Source: Parcubacteria bacterium C7867-008 (GTDB lineage: Bacteria; Patescibacteriota; Minisyncoccia; Phycocordibacterales; Phycocordibacteraceae). Taken from it: a stretch of DNA of 64,000 nt. Below, piece after piece: positions 1 through 9,193 of this stretch. The DNA is taken from positions 10,677 to 74,676 of the forward strand of contig LFCR01000002.1 in the NCBI GenBank assembly GCA_001189215.1. The letters run 5' to 3'. Position numbers and translations under genes: made by a program. The notes below the pieces were generated by a model that was not told the DNA's origin, did not search any database, and saw only the letters and a list, made by a program, of their open reading frames with translations. The number at the start of each line of letters is the position of its first letter. Positions within the stretch are counted from its first letter, which is position 1.

Positions 1-235
1 GGTTTACCGCAACGTAGCTGATGCGTGGGCGTACGGTACGAGAACGATTCTTACCATGTCCACGAAGTTTAGGCATCTTCTTGATGAGGTCACGCATCTC
101 AGGACGCTTCTTGTGACCAGCACGTGCATTCTGACCCTTGGTACCACGACCAGAAGTCTTTCCACGAGTACCGCCACGTCCGACACGAGCGGAAGTGATG
201 CGAGGAGTCTTGGGTGCGAGTGTGTTTATCTGCAT
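1..235 (-). CDS. rplO: 50S ribosomal protein L15 (partial, runs off window edge)
   Basis: Manual translation MQINTLAPKTPRITSARVGRGGTRGKTSGRGTKGQNAR; follows rpsE; not in the ORF track. Confidence 0.95.
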   Translation of the reverse strand, partial: MQINTLAPKTPRITSARVGRGGTRGKTSGRGTKGQNARAGHKKRPEMRDLIKKMPKLRGHGKNRSRTVRPRISYVAVN

Positions 236-244
236 AAAAATGTC

Positions 245-853
245 TTAGCCTTTGAGCTGCTTGAGTGCGGCGATGGTGGCGCGGGCGATGGTGAGCTTGT
301 TCTTAGAACGAGTCTGGATCTTTGCAATCACGTTGGTGACACCAGCGTGCTCAAGTACCACACGCATTGCTGAGCCAGCAACAATACCGCGACCTGGAGA
401 TGGAATCATCTCTACCGTGCTTGATGCATACTTTGCGTGTACCTCATGTGCGATAGAGCGTTCCTTGGTAAGAGGGACTGTGAAGAGTGCCTTCTTTGCA
501 GCACGTACTGCCTTATCGATAGCAAGTGCGGTATCTGCTCCCTTTCCAACACCAACACCAACACGTCCCTTCTTGTCTCCGATAACTACGGTAACGCTGA
601 ATGAGAAACGACGACCTCCTGCCATAACACGAGCAACACGACGTACTTCAAGCGTAGCCTGTTCGAACTCGCTGCGCTCACGGGGAGCACGTTCGCGAGG
701 ACGACCACCAGGACGTCCACCTGGGCGACCACCTGCACCGCGAGCACCGCGCTGCGGACGGGTGTCTGCAGGAGCTGCTTCAACAGGTGCAGCCTCAATA
801 GGTGCTTCGGTTGGAACGATCTCGTTCTCGGTCATAGTAGTAGTGTCAGTCAT
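245..853 (-). CDS. rpsE: 30S ribosomal protein S5
   Basis: RVARVMAGGRRFSFSVTVVIGD motif; spc order. Confidence 0.97.
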   Translation of the reverse strand: MTDTTTMTENEIVPTEAPIEAAPVEAAPADTRPQRGARGAGGRPGGRPGGRPRERAPRERSEFEQATLEVRRVARVMAGGRRFSFSVTVVIGDKKGRVGVGVGKGADTALAIDKAVRAAKKALFTVPLTKERSIAHEVHAKYASSTVEMIPSPGRGIVAGSAMRVVLEHAGVTNVIAKIQTRSKNKLTIARATIAALKQLKG

Positions 854-859
854 AAAATA

Positions 860-1204
860 TTAGAAAGCGAGACCTGATTCACGGGCAGCATCCGCAAGCT
901 TCTTAACCTGAGCAGCGTATGCATAGCCACCGCGATCGAATACGACCGTAGTGATGCCTGCTTTTACTGCACGCTCAGCAACCGCCTTCCCTACTGCAGC
1001 AGCCTGAAGGGTCTGTGCACCTGGGAATTCGCGGCCATGTGCAGCAGCAATAGTACGTCCTGCAACATCATCGATAATCTGTGCAGATACGAAACGGTTT
1101 GAGCGATGGATCGCAAGGCGTGGACGAACAGCCGTTCCAGAAACCTGAGAACGAATGCGCTTGTGTCGTCGTGCGCGAAGCACTTGTTTGCTGATAGTAG
1201 TCAT
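860..1204 (-). CDS. rplR: 50S ribosomal protein L18
   Basis: [29 protein letters not shown]. Confidence 0.97.
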   Translation of the reverse strand: MTTISKQVLRARRHKRIRSQVSGTAVRPRLAIHRSNRFVSAQIIDDVAGRTIAAAHGREFPGAQTLQAAAVGKAVAERAVKAGITTVVFDRGGYAYAAQVKKLADAARESGLAF

Positions 1205-1210
1205 AGTGGA

Positions 1211-1744
1211 TTAGACGGCTTTCTTGCCCTGCTTACGGCGGATTACTTCGTCATCATACTTAATACCCTTACCAAGATATGGTTCCGGTGGCTTGATTCC
1301 GCGTATCTCAGCAGCGAACTGGCCAACCTTCTGCTTGTCTGCACCCTCAATAGTCATTGTGGTCTTAACAACACCAACGGTGATACCTTCAGGAATCTTA
1401 ACTACAACTGGGTGTGAGAAACCAACTGCGAATACGAGCTCACTTCCCTTTAGTTCAACCTTGTATCCAACACCGTTAAGGATGAGTACCTTCTTGAACG
1501 GAGTCTCTACGCCCTGCATCATTGCAATAACGTGTGCAGCGAATGTTCCGGTTAGTGCCTTTGCAAGTTTGCTTGAGTTGTTTGGAGTGATGACAACACC
1601 TTCATCTGTAACATTGATAGAAATAGAAGAATGTACAGAACGAGAGAGAGTCTCCTTTGCTCCTTTTACGGAAAGCATGCCATCACCTGCGGTAACGGTT
1701 ACTTTTGAAGGAATCTGGATTGGTTTCTTTGCAAGACGGCTCAT
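1211..1744 (-). CDS. rplF: 50S ribosomal protein L6
   Basis: Start moved to MSRLAKKPI; GFSHPV, PEPYLGKGIKY. Confidence 0.97.
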   Translation of the reverse strand: MSRLAKKPIQIPSKVTVTAGDGMLSVKGAKETLSRSVHSSISINVTDEGVVITPNNSSKLAKALTGTFAAHVIAMMQGVETPFKKVLILNGVGYKVELKGSELVFAVGFSHPVVVKIPEGITVGVVKTTMTIEGADKQKVGQFAAEIRGIKPPEPYLGKGIKYDDEVIRRKQGKKAV

Positions 1745-1754
1745 AAATAATGTA

Positions 1755-2147
1755 TTACCAGATCTCGAAGAGATTCTCACCTCCTGCACGTACCTTGCGT
1801 GCTTCCTTGTCTGTAAGGATTCCCTTTGGAGTTGAGATGATGCGAGCACCAAGACCATTCTTTACGGCATGTGCTTCAGTAGAAGAAACATAGAGACGAC
1901 GACCTGGCTTAGAGATACGCTTTACGTCAGTGATCTTGTGATTACCACGCGCATCATAGGCGAGAGTAACTTCGATCTGGAACGGTGCCTTCTTGGTAAC
2001 CTCAACACGCTCTACGAAGCCAAGCTCCTTAAGCTTGTTAGCAATCTCTTCAATATGCTTGGAATGAGGAGCAGACACCATCGTGTTACCGATAGCTCCT
2101 GCATTCTTTAGACGGATTATAAAATCTCCTACGCGGTCAGATACCAT
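1755..2147 (-). CDS. rpsH: 30S ribosomal protein S8
   Basis: Start MVSDRVGDFIIRLKNA; SKPGRRLY, ISTPKG. Confidence 0.97.
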   Translation of the reverse strand: MVSDRVGDFIIRLKNAGAIGNTMVSAPHSKHIEEIANKLKELGFVERVEVTKKAPFQIEVTLAYDARGNHKITDVKRISKPGRRLYVSSTEAHAVKNGLGARIISTPKGILTDKEARKVRAGGENLFEIW

Positions 2148-2158
2148 ACAAAAAATAA

Positions 2159-2428
2159 TTACCAAGAAGCTTTCTTAACACCCGGAATCTTACCCTCACG
2201 TGCCATCTCGCGGAACTGGATGCGAGAAAGACCGAATGTACGCATATAGCCACGACCACGACCAGTGATAGCACAACGATTCTTGATACGTACTGGGGAA
2301 GAGTTCTTCGGAAGAGCCTGTAGACCTTCCCAGTCACCCGCAGCCTTAAGAGCCGCCCGCTTTTCAGCGTACTGCGCGACAAGCTTCACCTTCTTGGCGT
2401 TGCGAGCGATTTGGGATGTTTTAGCCAT
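2159..2428 (-). CDS. rpsN: 30S ribosomal protein S14, 89-aa zinc-free (C-) form
   Basis: [27 protein letters not shown]...[11 protein letters not shown]; only one Cys. Confidence 0.96.
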   Translation of the reverse strand: MAKTSQIARNAKKVKLVAQYAEKRAALKAAGDWEGLQALPKNSSPVRIKNRCAITGRGRGYMRTFGLSRIQFREMAREGKIPGVKKASW

Positions 2429-2458
2429 ACGAAAAATAGCTCCGGAGAGCGTGCAAGT

Positions 2459-2487
2459 AATGTATCAGTTAGTATTTAGCGTGTCAA
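2459..2487 (-). promoter_or_regulatory. sigma70-type promoter for the rpsN-rplO segment
   Basis: TTGACA-N17-TACATT on the minus strand. Confidence 0.7.
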
Positions 2488-2495
2488 ACAGCGGA

Positions 2496-2528
2496 GGACC
2501 CAGTCAGAACGAGTGTCTGATTGGGTCC
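2496..2528. terminator. hairpin closing the inserted ORF
   Basis: GGACCCAGTCAGA/TCTGATTGGGTCC inverted repeat. Confidence 0.55.
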
Positions 2529-2539
2529 CCTTGTTTGGC

Positions 2540-2890
2540 TTACCAGCTGAGGTGAATAGGTACCAGGAATGGTGCTTCCTGATCGATTTCGGACCGCGCA
2601 ATCGTCCTGAAAGTGGCCCGGACAGTAATCCCGACCTTTTGCACCTCCCGTATCAGCGCGTCGAGGAACTTCCGGAGCTTCCCCTCCACGAAGTGGCCGG
2701 CCTCAGACGTAAGGAACCAAATAACAGTTTCATCCTTTCCTGAGTCTGCTGCGGCCTTCTGATACTGAAGCAGATCGCTCGCGAACCACTCGCGGGCGAC
2801 CTGAACTGGATCCCGATCGTCGAGCTGGATCCCGATGGGATCTCCAGCTATCGCTGCGTCAAATATGTCAGGTGATTTAGTCAAGATCAT
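2540..2890 (-). CDS. hypothetical protein inserted between rplE and rpsN
   Basis: 116-aa ORF with GGTGGAG SD, own extended -10 (TGGTATACT) and flanking hairpins. Confidence 0.6.
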   Translation of the reverse strand: MILTKSPDIFDAAIAGDPIGIQLDDRDPVQVAREWFASDLLQYQKAAADSGKDETVIWFLTSEAGHFVEGKLRKFLDALIREVQKVGITVRATFRTIARSEIDQEAPFLVPIHLSW

Positions 2891-2948
2891 ATCTCCACCG
2901 CTTATGTTTCAGTCTGTCAGCAGCTAACCATCTAAGTATACCAATGTC

Positions 2949-2975
2949 AAAAAAGACCCCTTTGCGGGGCCCTTT
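2949..2975 (-). terminator. intrinsic terminator after rplE
   Basis: GGCCCC-GCAAA-GGGGTC stem then TTTTTT. Confidence 0.7.
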
Positions 2976-2982
2976 GTTTTTC

Positions 2983-3522
2983 CTATACACCAACCTTGAG
3001 TGGTATGCCGAGGTGTCGGTAGAAGGCTTCTGCCTCCTCCTTACCTTTTGCGGTGGTTACGAGTGTGATAGCAAGACCAAACACATCCTTGAGATCCTCT
3101 TCGCTTGTTTCAGGGAAGATGCTGTTCTCACGGATACCAATGGTGAGGTTACCCATTGCATCGATAGCACTTGCATTAAGACCACGGAAGTCACGAGTAC
3201 GTGGAAGTGCGATGTTTACGAGCTTGTCGAGGAAGTCGCGCATACGGTCCCCACGAAGGGTTACCTGGTATCCAACTACTTCACCCTCACGAAGCTTGAA
3301 TGATGCAATAGACTGGCGTGCAGCGCGCTCAGATGGCTTCTGGCCGGTGATACGAGCAAGACGATCTGCCACAACCTTGTTGCGGTTCTTGTCACGAGCC
3401 TTTCCAACGCCCGATGATACGACGATCTTAAGAAGGCGTGGTGCTGCCATCGGATTGGTGTATCCGAAGGTACCCTTGAGGGTATCGTATGCGTTCTTCT
3501 GCTTTTCTTTGGTAATAATCAT
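2983..3522 (-). CDS. rplE: 50S ribosomal protein L5
   Basis: ITGQKP, FKLREG, LPRTRDFRGL. Confidence 0.97.
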   Translation of the reverse strand: MIITKEKQKNAYDTLKGTFGYTNPMAAPRLLKIVVSSGVGKARDKNRNKVVADRLARITGQKPSERAARQSIASFKLREGEVVGYQVTLRGDRMRDFLDKLVNIALPRTRDFRGLNASAIDAMGNLTIGIRENSIFPETSEEDLKDVFGLAITLVTTAKGKEEAEAFYRHLGIPLKVGV

Positions 3523-3532
3523 AAAAGTGTAA

Positions 3533-3850
3533 TTACGAGAGTGTCGTGTTGCTCTTCTTTGCTACACGAACCATCTTTCCGTCTTCCTTAGTACGAGCAA
3601 TGCGAGTTCCCTTCTTGCTCTTAGGATCGAGGAACATAACGTTAGATGCATCAATAGCACGTGGACGCTCAACGATAGAGCCAGACTGCTGTCCGCCGCG
3701 ACCACCCTTGAGGTGACGCTTTACGAGTGCAACACCGTCAATAACCACCTGACCAGTTGCAGGAAGTGCACGAGTGATAGTGCCAGTACGGCCCTTATCC
3801 TTTCCTGATACTACGATCACCTGATCTCCTTTTTTGAGTTTCATCTTCAT
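3533..3850 (-). CDS. rplX: 50S ribosomal protein L24
   Basis: KOW motif KKGDQVIVVSGKDKG; IDASNV. Confidence 0.97.
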   Translation of the reverse strand: MKMKLKKGDQVIVVSGKDKGRTGTITRALPATGQVVIDGVALVKRHLKGGRGGQQSGSIVERPRAIDASNVMFLDPKSKKGTRIARTKEDGKMVRVAKKSNTTLS

Positions 3851-3861
3851 AAATAAATAGG

Positions 3862-4239
3862 TTAGATGACTTCAGGTGCGATAGACGCGATGTTCTGCCA
3901 TCCGCGTTCGATAAGGTCGCGAGGTACTGGACCGAATACACGATTGCCCTTAGGTCCCATCTCCTTACCCTGCTTCTCGATGAGAACAACTGCGTTGTCA
4001 TCAAAGCGGATGTAGGAACCGTTTGCACGGCGATATGCCTTGCGCTGACGTACTACAACAGCCTTGTAGATGTCCTTCTTCTTTACTGCCTTACGAGGCT
4101 CTGCTGTCTGAACAGACACCACAACGACGTCTCCGATTTCTGCATAGCGACGCTTTGAACCACCGAGCACCTTGAAGACGCGCGCTACTTTAGCGCCTGA
4201 GTTGTCTGCGACGGTGACGATGGATTGTGGCTGCAACAT
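3862..4239 (-). CDS. rplN: 50S ribosomal protein L14
   Basis: VADNSGAK, IRFDDNAVV, IASIAPEVI. Confidence 0.98.
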   Translation of the reverse strand: MLQPQSIVTVADNSGAKVARVFKVLGGSKRRYAEIGDVVVVSVQTAEPRKAVKKKDIYKAVVVRQRKAYRRANGSYIRFDDNAVVLIEKQGKEMGPKGNRVFGPVPRDLIERGWQNIASIAPEVI

Positions 4240-4256
4240 AGTAAATAAGTTAAATG

Positions 4257-4499
4257 CTATTTCGCGATAGCGAAGTGCTTGTTCTTAGAGATTGGACGGC
4301 ACGCGACGATTGTTACGTCATCTCCTACCTTCACCGTGTTCTCTGGGTCATGCACAAGGTATTTCTTCGTGCGTACCTGGTACTTCTTGTACTTAGGGTG
4401 CTTCACGTAGCGAGATACTGCAACGGTTGCCGTATCCTTCATGGCCGTCTTTACGACAGTTCCGCGGAAGGTCTGGGGGCGAGTAGTGGTTGTTTCCAT
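4257..4499 (-). CDS. rpsQ: 30S ribosomal protein S17
   Basis: HPKYKK, VHDPEN, RPISKNK. Confidence 0.97.
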   Translation of the reverse strand: METTTTRPQTFRGTVVKTAMKDTATVAVSRYVKHPKYKKYQVRTKKYLVHDPENTVKVGDDVTIVACRPISKNKHFAIAK

Positions 4500-4507
4500 A
4501 GTAAATG

Positions 4508-4720
4508 TTATGCAGCTGCTTCTTCTGATACAGCACCGCGAGTACCGAGCTCGTAGAGTACACGTGCGATCTCCTTACGGATGCGTGAATGTGCATTCGT
4601 ATCTTTCGGACGAGCGCCGACAGATGCGAAACGAGTTGATCGAAGTTCTTCGCGCTTCTCAGCAAGCATCTTCTTGAGCTCTTCGGTCTTCTTCTCGGTG
4701 AGGGTAATTTTCTTTGCCAT
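4508..4720 (-). CDS. rpmC: 50S ribosomal protein L29
   Basis: IRKEIARV; position between rplP and rpsQ. Confidence 0.92.
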   Translation of the reverse strand: MAKKITLTEKKTEELKKMLAEKREELRSTRFASVGARPKDTNAHSRIRKEIARVLYELGTRGAVSEEAAA

Positions 4721-4729
4721 ACGTAAATT

Positions 4730-5152
4730 CTAGCTGCGGGTGATGACACTTGTCTTAAGAGGAAGCTTTGCAGCAGCGCGACGCATTGCGTCACGAGCCA
4801 CACCATCCGCTACACCATCGAGTTCGAAGAGAACACGTCCCGGACGTACTTCGAATACGAAGTGCTTCGGATCACCCTTACCCTTACCCATCTTCAGACC
4901 AGCTGCCTTCTCGGTGATTGGACGATCTGGGAAGATACGGATCCAAAGCTTTCCTCCCTTACCTGTTGCACGAGTGAGCACTTTACGTGCTGCTTCGATC
5001 TGGTTAGAAGTGATGCGGCTTGGGGTGATTGCCTTCATGCCGTATGCACCGAAAGATACCGTGGTACCACGCGTGTCTGGACGTGCGAGCTTTTCAGGGC
5101 TCTTGCGCATGGTCTGCCACTTTCGGTGTTTTACTTTCTTAGGAAACAACAT
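4730..5152 (-). CDS. rplP: 50S ribosomal protein L16
   Basis: QIEAARK, IRIFPD, MGKGKG, AAAKLP. Confidence 0.97.
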   Translation of the reverse strand: MLFPKKVKHRKWQTMRKSPEKLARPDTRGTTVSFGAYGMKAITPSRITSNQIEAARKVLTRATGKGGKLWIRIFPDRPITEKAAGLKMGKGKGDPKHFVFEVRPGRVLFELDGVADGVARDAMRRAAAKLPLKTSVITRS

Positions 5153-5158
5153 ACGCGT

Positions 5159-5857
5159 TTATTTAGAGCGAGCGTTAGAAGAACCTGCTGGTGCATTATC
5201 TGCAGCGAACTGATCGCCGAGATAGATCCACACCTTGATGCCGATAACACCGTACGGAAGAAGTGCTTCCTGATGAGCGTAATCAATATTTGCACGGAAG
5301 GTCTGAAGTGGAATACGACCACGCTTGATCTGCTCTGTGCGAGACATATCAGCGCCACCAAGACGACCAGACACTACGATGCGAACACCGATAACGTCAC
5401 GGACGGCCATTACCTTCTCTACCGTCTGCTTAAGCACACGACGGAATGGCATACGCTTCTCAAGTCCTTCAACCACCATCATGCCTACTACTGCAGCAGA
5501 AGTTTCTGGCTGTCGGATCTCCATGATGTCTAGCTTGATCGTACGACCATGTTTAGAAGCAACCTTCTGTACTGCCATAGTGAGTTCCTTGCGGAGCTTT
5601 GTGGCATTCTCGCCAGAACGACCAATCACGAGGCCAGGGCGCGCGGTGTGGAGGATCACACGGACTTCAGCTGAAGATCGTTCGATCTCGATCTCTGCAA
5701 TGTGCATGTTACGAAGCTTCTTCTTGAGGAATGCACGGATAGTCTCATCAACGAGAATGTTCTCGCGATACGTCTTCTTGTCTGCAGCAAACCAACGGCT
5801 TCGCCAATCGCGAATGATGCCAAGTCGGTGTGCGTAAGGATGTACGGTGTGAGTCAT
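5159..5857 (-). CDS. rpsC: 30S ribosomal protein S3
   Basis: HPYAHRLG, RPGLVIGRSG KH domain, GRIPLQTFRA. Confidence 0.97.
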   Translation of the reverse strand: MTHTVHPYAHRLGIIRDWRSRWFAADKKTYRENILVDETIRAFLKKKLRNMHIAEIEIERSSAEVRVILHTARPGLVIGRSGENATKLRKELTMAVQKVASKHGRTIKLDIMEIRQPETSAAVVGMMVVEGLEKRMPFRRVLKQTVEKVMAVRDVIGVRIVVSGRLGGADMSRTEQIKRGRIPLQTFRANIDYAHQEALLPYGVIGIKVWIYLGDQFAADNAPAGSSNARSK

Positions 5858-6120
5858 GGTATTGAAAAGGGCATGTACTTAACGAGCATACCTGCGCTGT
5901 TAACCGTGATGTTCTGAACACGGAGAGCTGCTTCGTCTTCACCCTGCTGCTTAGCATTAGCTACCGCAGACTGGATGAGCTTAGCGATAGGTAGAGATGC
6001 ACGCTTCGGAAGGAACGCGAGGGCATTAAGCGCATCCTGCACTGACTTACCCTTAACAAGGTCCGTAACGAGACGTACCTTGCGAGGAGACTGGTTGTAG
6101 CTAGTGAGTTCTGCTTTCAT
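5854..6120 (-). CDS. rplV: 50S ribosomal protein L22, C-terminally truncated in this sequence
   Basis: SPRKVRLV, SAVANA; homology stops at KYMP, RAxGRA hairpin and last strand absent. Confidence 0.9.
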   Translation of the reverse strand: MKAELTSYNQSPRKVRLVTDLVKGKSVQDALNALAFLPKRASLPIAKLIQSAVANAKQQGEDEAALRVQNITVNSAGMLVKYMPFSIP

Positions 6121-6123
6121 ACC

Positions 6124-6474
6124 TTATTTCTTCTTTGCGGTTGCAGCAGGTGCTGCCTTAGCAGCCTTTGCAGCTGCGATTTCAGAGTCTTTCTTCTTCT
6201 GCTCGAGTTCCTTCTGCATCTTACCGCCGTGACGGATGAATTTCTTGGTTGGTGAGAACTCGCCAAGGCGGTGCCCCACCATTTCCTCAGAAACAAGCAC
6301 TTCAAGGTGCTTCTGGCCATTATGGACACCAATGGTAAAGCCCACCATTTCTGGAGAGATCATGCTGGCACGTGCCCACGTCTTAATGACGCCTGCAGTT
6401 GATGCCTTAGCGTTGGATACCTTTTTGAGGAGTTTTACGTCCACGTAAGGGCCTTTCTTGAGTGATCGAGACAT
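6124..6474 (-). CDS. rpsS: 30S ribosomal protein S19
   Basis: Start MSRSLKKGP; [16 protein letters not shown]; Ala/Lys tail. Confidence 0.97.
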   Translation of the reverse strand: MSRSLKKGPYVDVKLLKKVSNAKASTAGVIKTWARASMISPEMVGFTIGVHNGQKHLEVLVSEEMVGHRLGEFSPTKKFIRHGGKMQKELEQKKKDSEIAAAKAAKAAPAATAKKK

Positions 6475-6593
6475 GCGAAGTAAAAACCCGCGCAAGCGCG
6501 AGATAGGTAAAATCTATATGAAACTAAGTGTCAAATTTAGGGGGTCGTGGTAGGGTCGTAGCAGGAAGCACCATGACATGAGGGGTTTGCGAA

Positions 6594-6971
6594 ATGTCCG
6601 GAGGGCACGGGAATATCATCCAATTTGAGCTGAAACTTGAATTAGAGGGGAAAATATCGCTTGGCACATACCGAGTCTATGACAACCAGGGTAATGCCTT
6701 TACAACCCTTTTCCTGAGCCTGAGAAGGGATGGCTGGGTTCTGTCTACAGAAAGCCTCAGGAAGCTGTTGCTCGTTCTGCTCACGCACACACGAGTCTCG
6801 CTTAATGAAGTGGTGGTTGATGCTTTGTGTTACTACCGCAAGTTGAGCTACGCCGAGAAGGCAGCTCTTGGTGGCGCGATTGATTCAGGCACCGGAATCA
6901 AATTCTATGTGTACGACGGTTGTGATCTATACAGCAACACTCCAGGCGCCTGCATCGCAAGTTTGATGTAA
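6594..6971 (+). CDS. hypothetical protein inserted between rplB and rpsS
   Basis: 125-aa ORF, GAGGGG SD, followed by a terminator-like hairpin. Confidence 0.5.
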   Translation: MSGGHGNIIQFELKLELEGKISLGTYRVYDNQGNAFTTLFLSLRRDGWVLSTESLRKLLLVLLTHTRVSLNEVVVDALCYYRKLSYAEKAALGGAIDSGTGIKFYVYDGCDLYSNTPGACIASLM

Positions 6972-6994
6972 ATACTAGCCAAGGAGCACGAATG

Positions 6995-7029
6995 GGGTCT
7001 TGCGGAAACGCAGGACCCTTCCGTTTTTT
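6995..7029 (+). terminator. intrinsic terminator
   Basis: GGGTCTTGCG-GAAA-CGCAGGACCC then T-rich tract. Confidence 0.65.
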
Positions 7030-7049
7030 CTCATGATGCGGAGCTATAC

Positions 7050-7886
7050 TTGGAACATATGGAATATACAGAAATGAATAACAAGCATAAGGCACTGATC
7101 GGTGTAGGAGCCCTTGTACTTATCTTTCTTATCTTTGCTATCTGGTACATGGCTACCCATCAAGCTCCTGCTCCTGTTGGGCCTGTTATAGCAACCTCCA
7201 CTCCAGTGACCACAAGCAGCAGTACACAGACCATTACTGATAACAGCCAATATTACGAGATCAAAGCGACTTATCCTGCTTCTACCCTTCTCAAACAAAC
7301 AACTAGTGAACGAGCCGATACTGAAGCGGTATCCATAATGAAAACATTCGTTGAACAGGAAATCGCTCGATTTAAAGACAATGGAAACTTTGCCAACTTA
7401 ACTCAAGAGGATATCCAGATACAGGGTCTGGGAAATGGCCGCAAATACACTCTCGATGCTGAGTATCAGACATACCAAGGAAAACACACGGTCTCCTACG
7501 TATATACGATAAACCTCGATACCCTTGGAGCACACGGAAACAGCTATTACCGGGTATTCACCTTCGATACTGCAGCAGGCCAGAGTCTTGAGCTGGATGA
7601 CCTCTTTGTCTCAAACAGTGGGTACCTGGAGAAACTCAGTAACATTAGTCGTGTTGATCTACCTGGTGTCATTAGTGCTAAGTTTGGTGAGAGTCCAGAC
7701 ATGGAAGATATTAAGAGTGGTACTACTGCAGACGCTGAAAACTTCCAGAGTTGGTACATAGAAGGTACAAACCTTGTACTTATATTTCCTCCCTATCAGG
7801 TTGGTCCTTACACAATTGGAACCACACTCCTCCCTATTCAACTTTCTCGTCTAGGTGACATGCTTAAAGCAACCTACGTTCCCTAA
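7050..7886 (+). CDS. membrane-anchored DUF3298/RsiV-like protein (true start possibly 7074)
   Basis: N-terminal TM helix; GAHG, TFD...LELDDLF, FPPYQVGPY motifs. Confidence 0.8.
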   Translation: MEHMEYTEMNNKHKALIGVGALVLIFLIFAIWYMATHQAPAPVGPVIATSTPVTTSSSTQTITDNSQYYEIKATYPASTLLKQTTSERADTEAVSIMKTFVEQEIARFKDNGNFANLTQEDIQIQGLGNGRKYTLDAEYQTYQGKHTVSYVYTINLDTLGAHGNSYYRVFTFDTAAGQSLELDDLFVSNSGYLEKLSNISRVDLPGVISAKFGESPDMEDIKSGTTADAENFQSWYIEGTNLVLIFPPYQVGPYTIGTTLLPIQLSRLGDMLKATYVP

Positions 7887-8215
7887 CTACACCTTCTTCA
7901 ACCGCACCAGTTCTACGAGCGTTGCCTGCACGTTCAGAACGAGGCTCTGTGTGTTGAGAACTATCTTCTCTAGAGAGAGAGAAACCTGTCTTCCAGTTTC
8001 TTGAATCTTAGATCAACTTTATCGAACCGTTGATCGATCTGAATGAACCCCTGGTCAATCTTTGAGAATCTTTCATCCACATGCTCGCGAAGAGCATCTA
8101 TACGATCATCAGAGATATCACATCGATCATGTAACGACACAATCTGATCCATTACGTCATAAAGTGTTGGTTCTGTCGTATCAGTCTGAATAACGGATTC
8201 GATTGTGTGTGGCAT
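7887..8215 (-). pseudogene. coiled-coil heptad-repeat protein, frameshifted at a (CT)5 tract
   Basis: ORF 8215-7970 with VDERFSK/IDQRFDK/VDLRFKK heptads; removing one CT extends it to a stop at 7887. Confidence 0.65.
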
Positions 8216-8273
8216 ACAGATTGCATTAGTGGTGAGTACCTATTAAGGCTAGCAACCTATGCTCATAAACAAC

Positions 8274-8304
8274 GAAGAAACCCGTCCACAGGACGGGTTT
8301 CTTC
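8274..8304. terminator. terminator after rplB
   Basis: GAAGAAACCCGTCC-ACA-GGACGGGTTTCTTC perfect inverted repeat. Confidence 0.75.
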
Positions 8305-8327
8305 TAAAGGAAAACTTTATATCTTCC

Positions 8328-9173
8328 TTAGCTGCGCTTCTTTCCAACCTTACGGCGAGAAACAATAAATACGTTTGAGTATTTCTTCGGTGTACGAGTC
8401 TTCTGACCCTTACCGGTTGGCTTGCCCCACATGCTCTTAGCACGGCGGAGACCACGACCCTGCTTGCCTTCACCACCTCCGTGTGGGTGATCAACTGGGT
8501 TCATGGCGGTACCACGAACCGTAGGACGAATACCGAGCCAGCGGCTGCGACCTGCCTTACCAATATTTACAAGGCGACTGTTCTCGTTACCAACTGCGCC
8601 AATGGATGCGTAGCAGAGATCAGATACCTTACGAATCTCGCTTGAAGGAAGCTTGACCTGAGCGTATCCAGCATCATGTGCAACGATCTCAGCATAGTTA
8701 CCTGCAGAGCGTACGAGACGTGCTCCTGCACCAACTTTAAGTTCGATGTTGTAGATGAAGGTACCAGATGGGATCTTACCGATCGGCACGCGGTTACCAG
8801 CTTTGATAGGCGCATTCTCTCCAACAATGAATGTATCTCCAACCTTGGTGTCCTTGGGAGCAAGCACATAGCGACGCTCACCATCTGCGTAGAGAGCAAT
8901 AGAGATGAATGCGGTGCGATATGGATCGTACTCAATAGTCTCGATGCGAGCTGGAATATCCTTCTTATTGTATGAGAAATCAATCTCACGGTAGCGACGC
9001 TTGTGTCCACCACCCTGATGACGAGTGGTGATGCGTCCAGCATTGTTGCGACCAGCCTGGCGCTTCTTTGAAGAAAGAAGGCTCTTTGTTGGTTTGTCAC
9101 CAGAAAGAAGCTTCTTGTACGGAAGCGTCGTCATGCTGCGACGGCTTGGGGATGTTGGCTTGTAGGTCTTCAT
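8328..9173 (-). CDS. rplB: 50S ribosomal protein L2
   Basis: GRNNAGRITTRHQGGGHK, RGTAMNPVDHPHGGGEG. Confidence 0.99.
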   Translation of the reverse strand: MKTYKPTSPSRRSMTTLPYKKLLSGDKPTKSLLSSKKRQAGRNNAGRITTRHQGGGHKRRYREIDFSYNKKDIPARIETIEYDPYRTAFISIALYADGERRYVLAPKDTKVGDTFIVGENAPIKAGNRVPIGKIPSGTFIYNIELKVGAGARLVRSAGNYAEIVAHDAGYAQVKLPSSEIRKVSDLCYASIGAVGNENSRLVNIGKAGRSRWLGIRPTVRGTAMNPVDHPHGGGEGKQGRGLRRAKSMWGKPTGKGQKTRTPKKYSNVFIVSRRKVGKKRS

Positions 9174-9193
9174 AAATAAGTGCTTACTCGATA

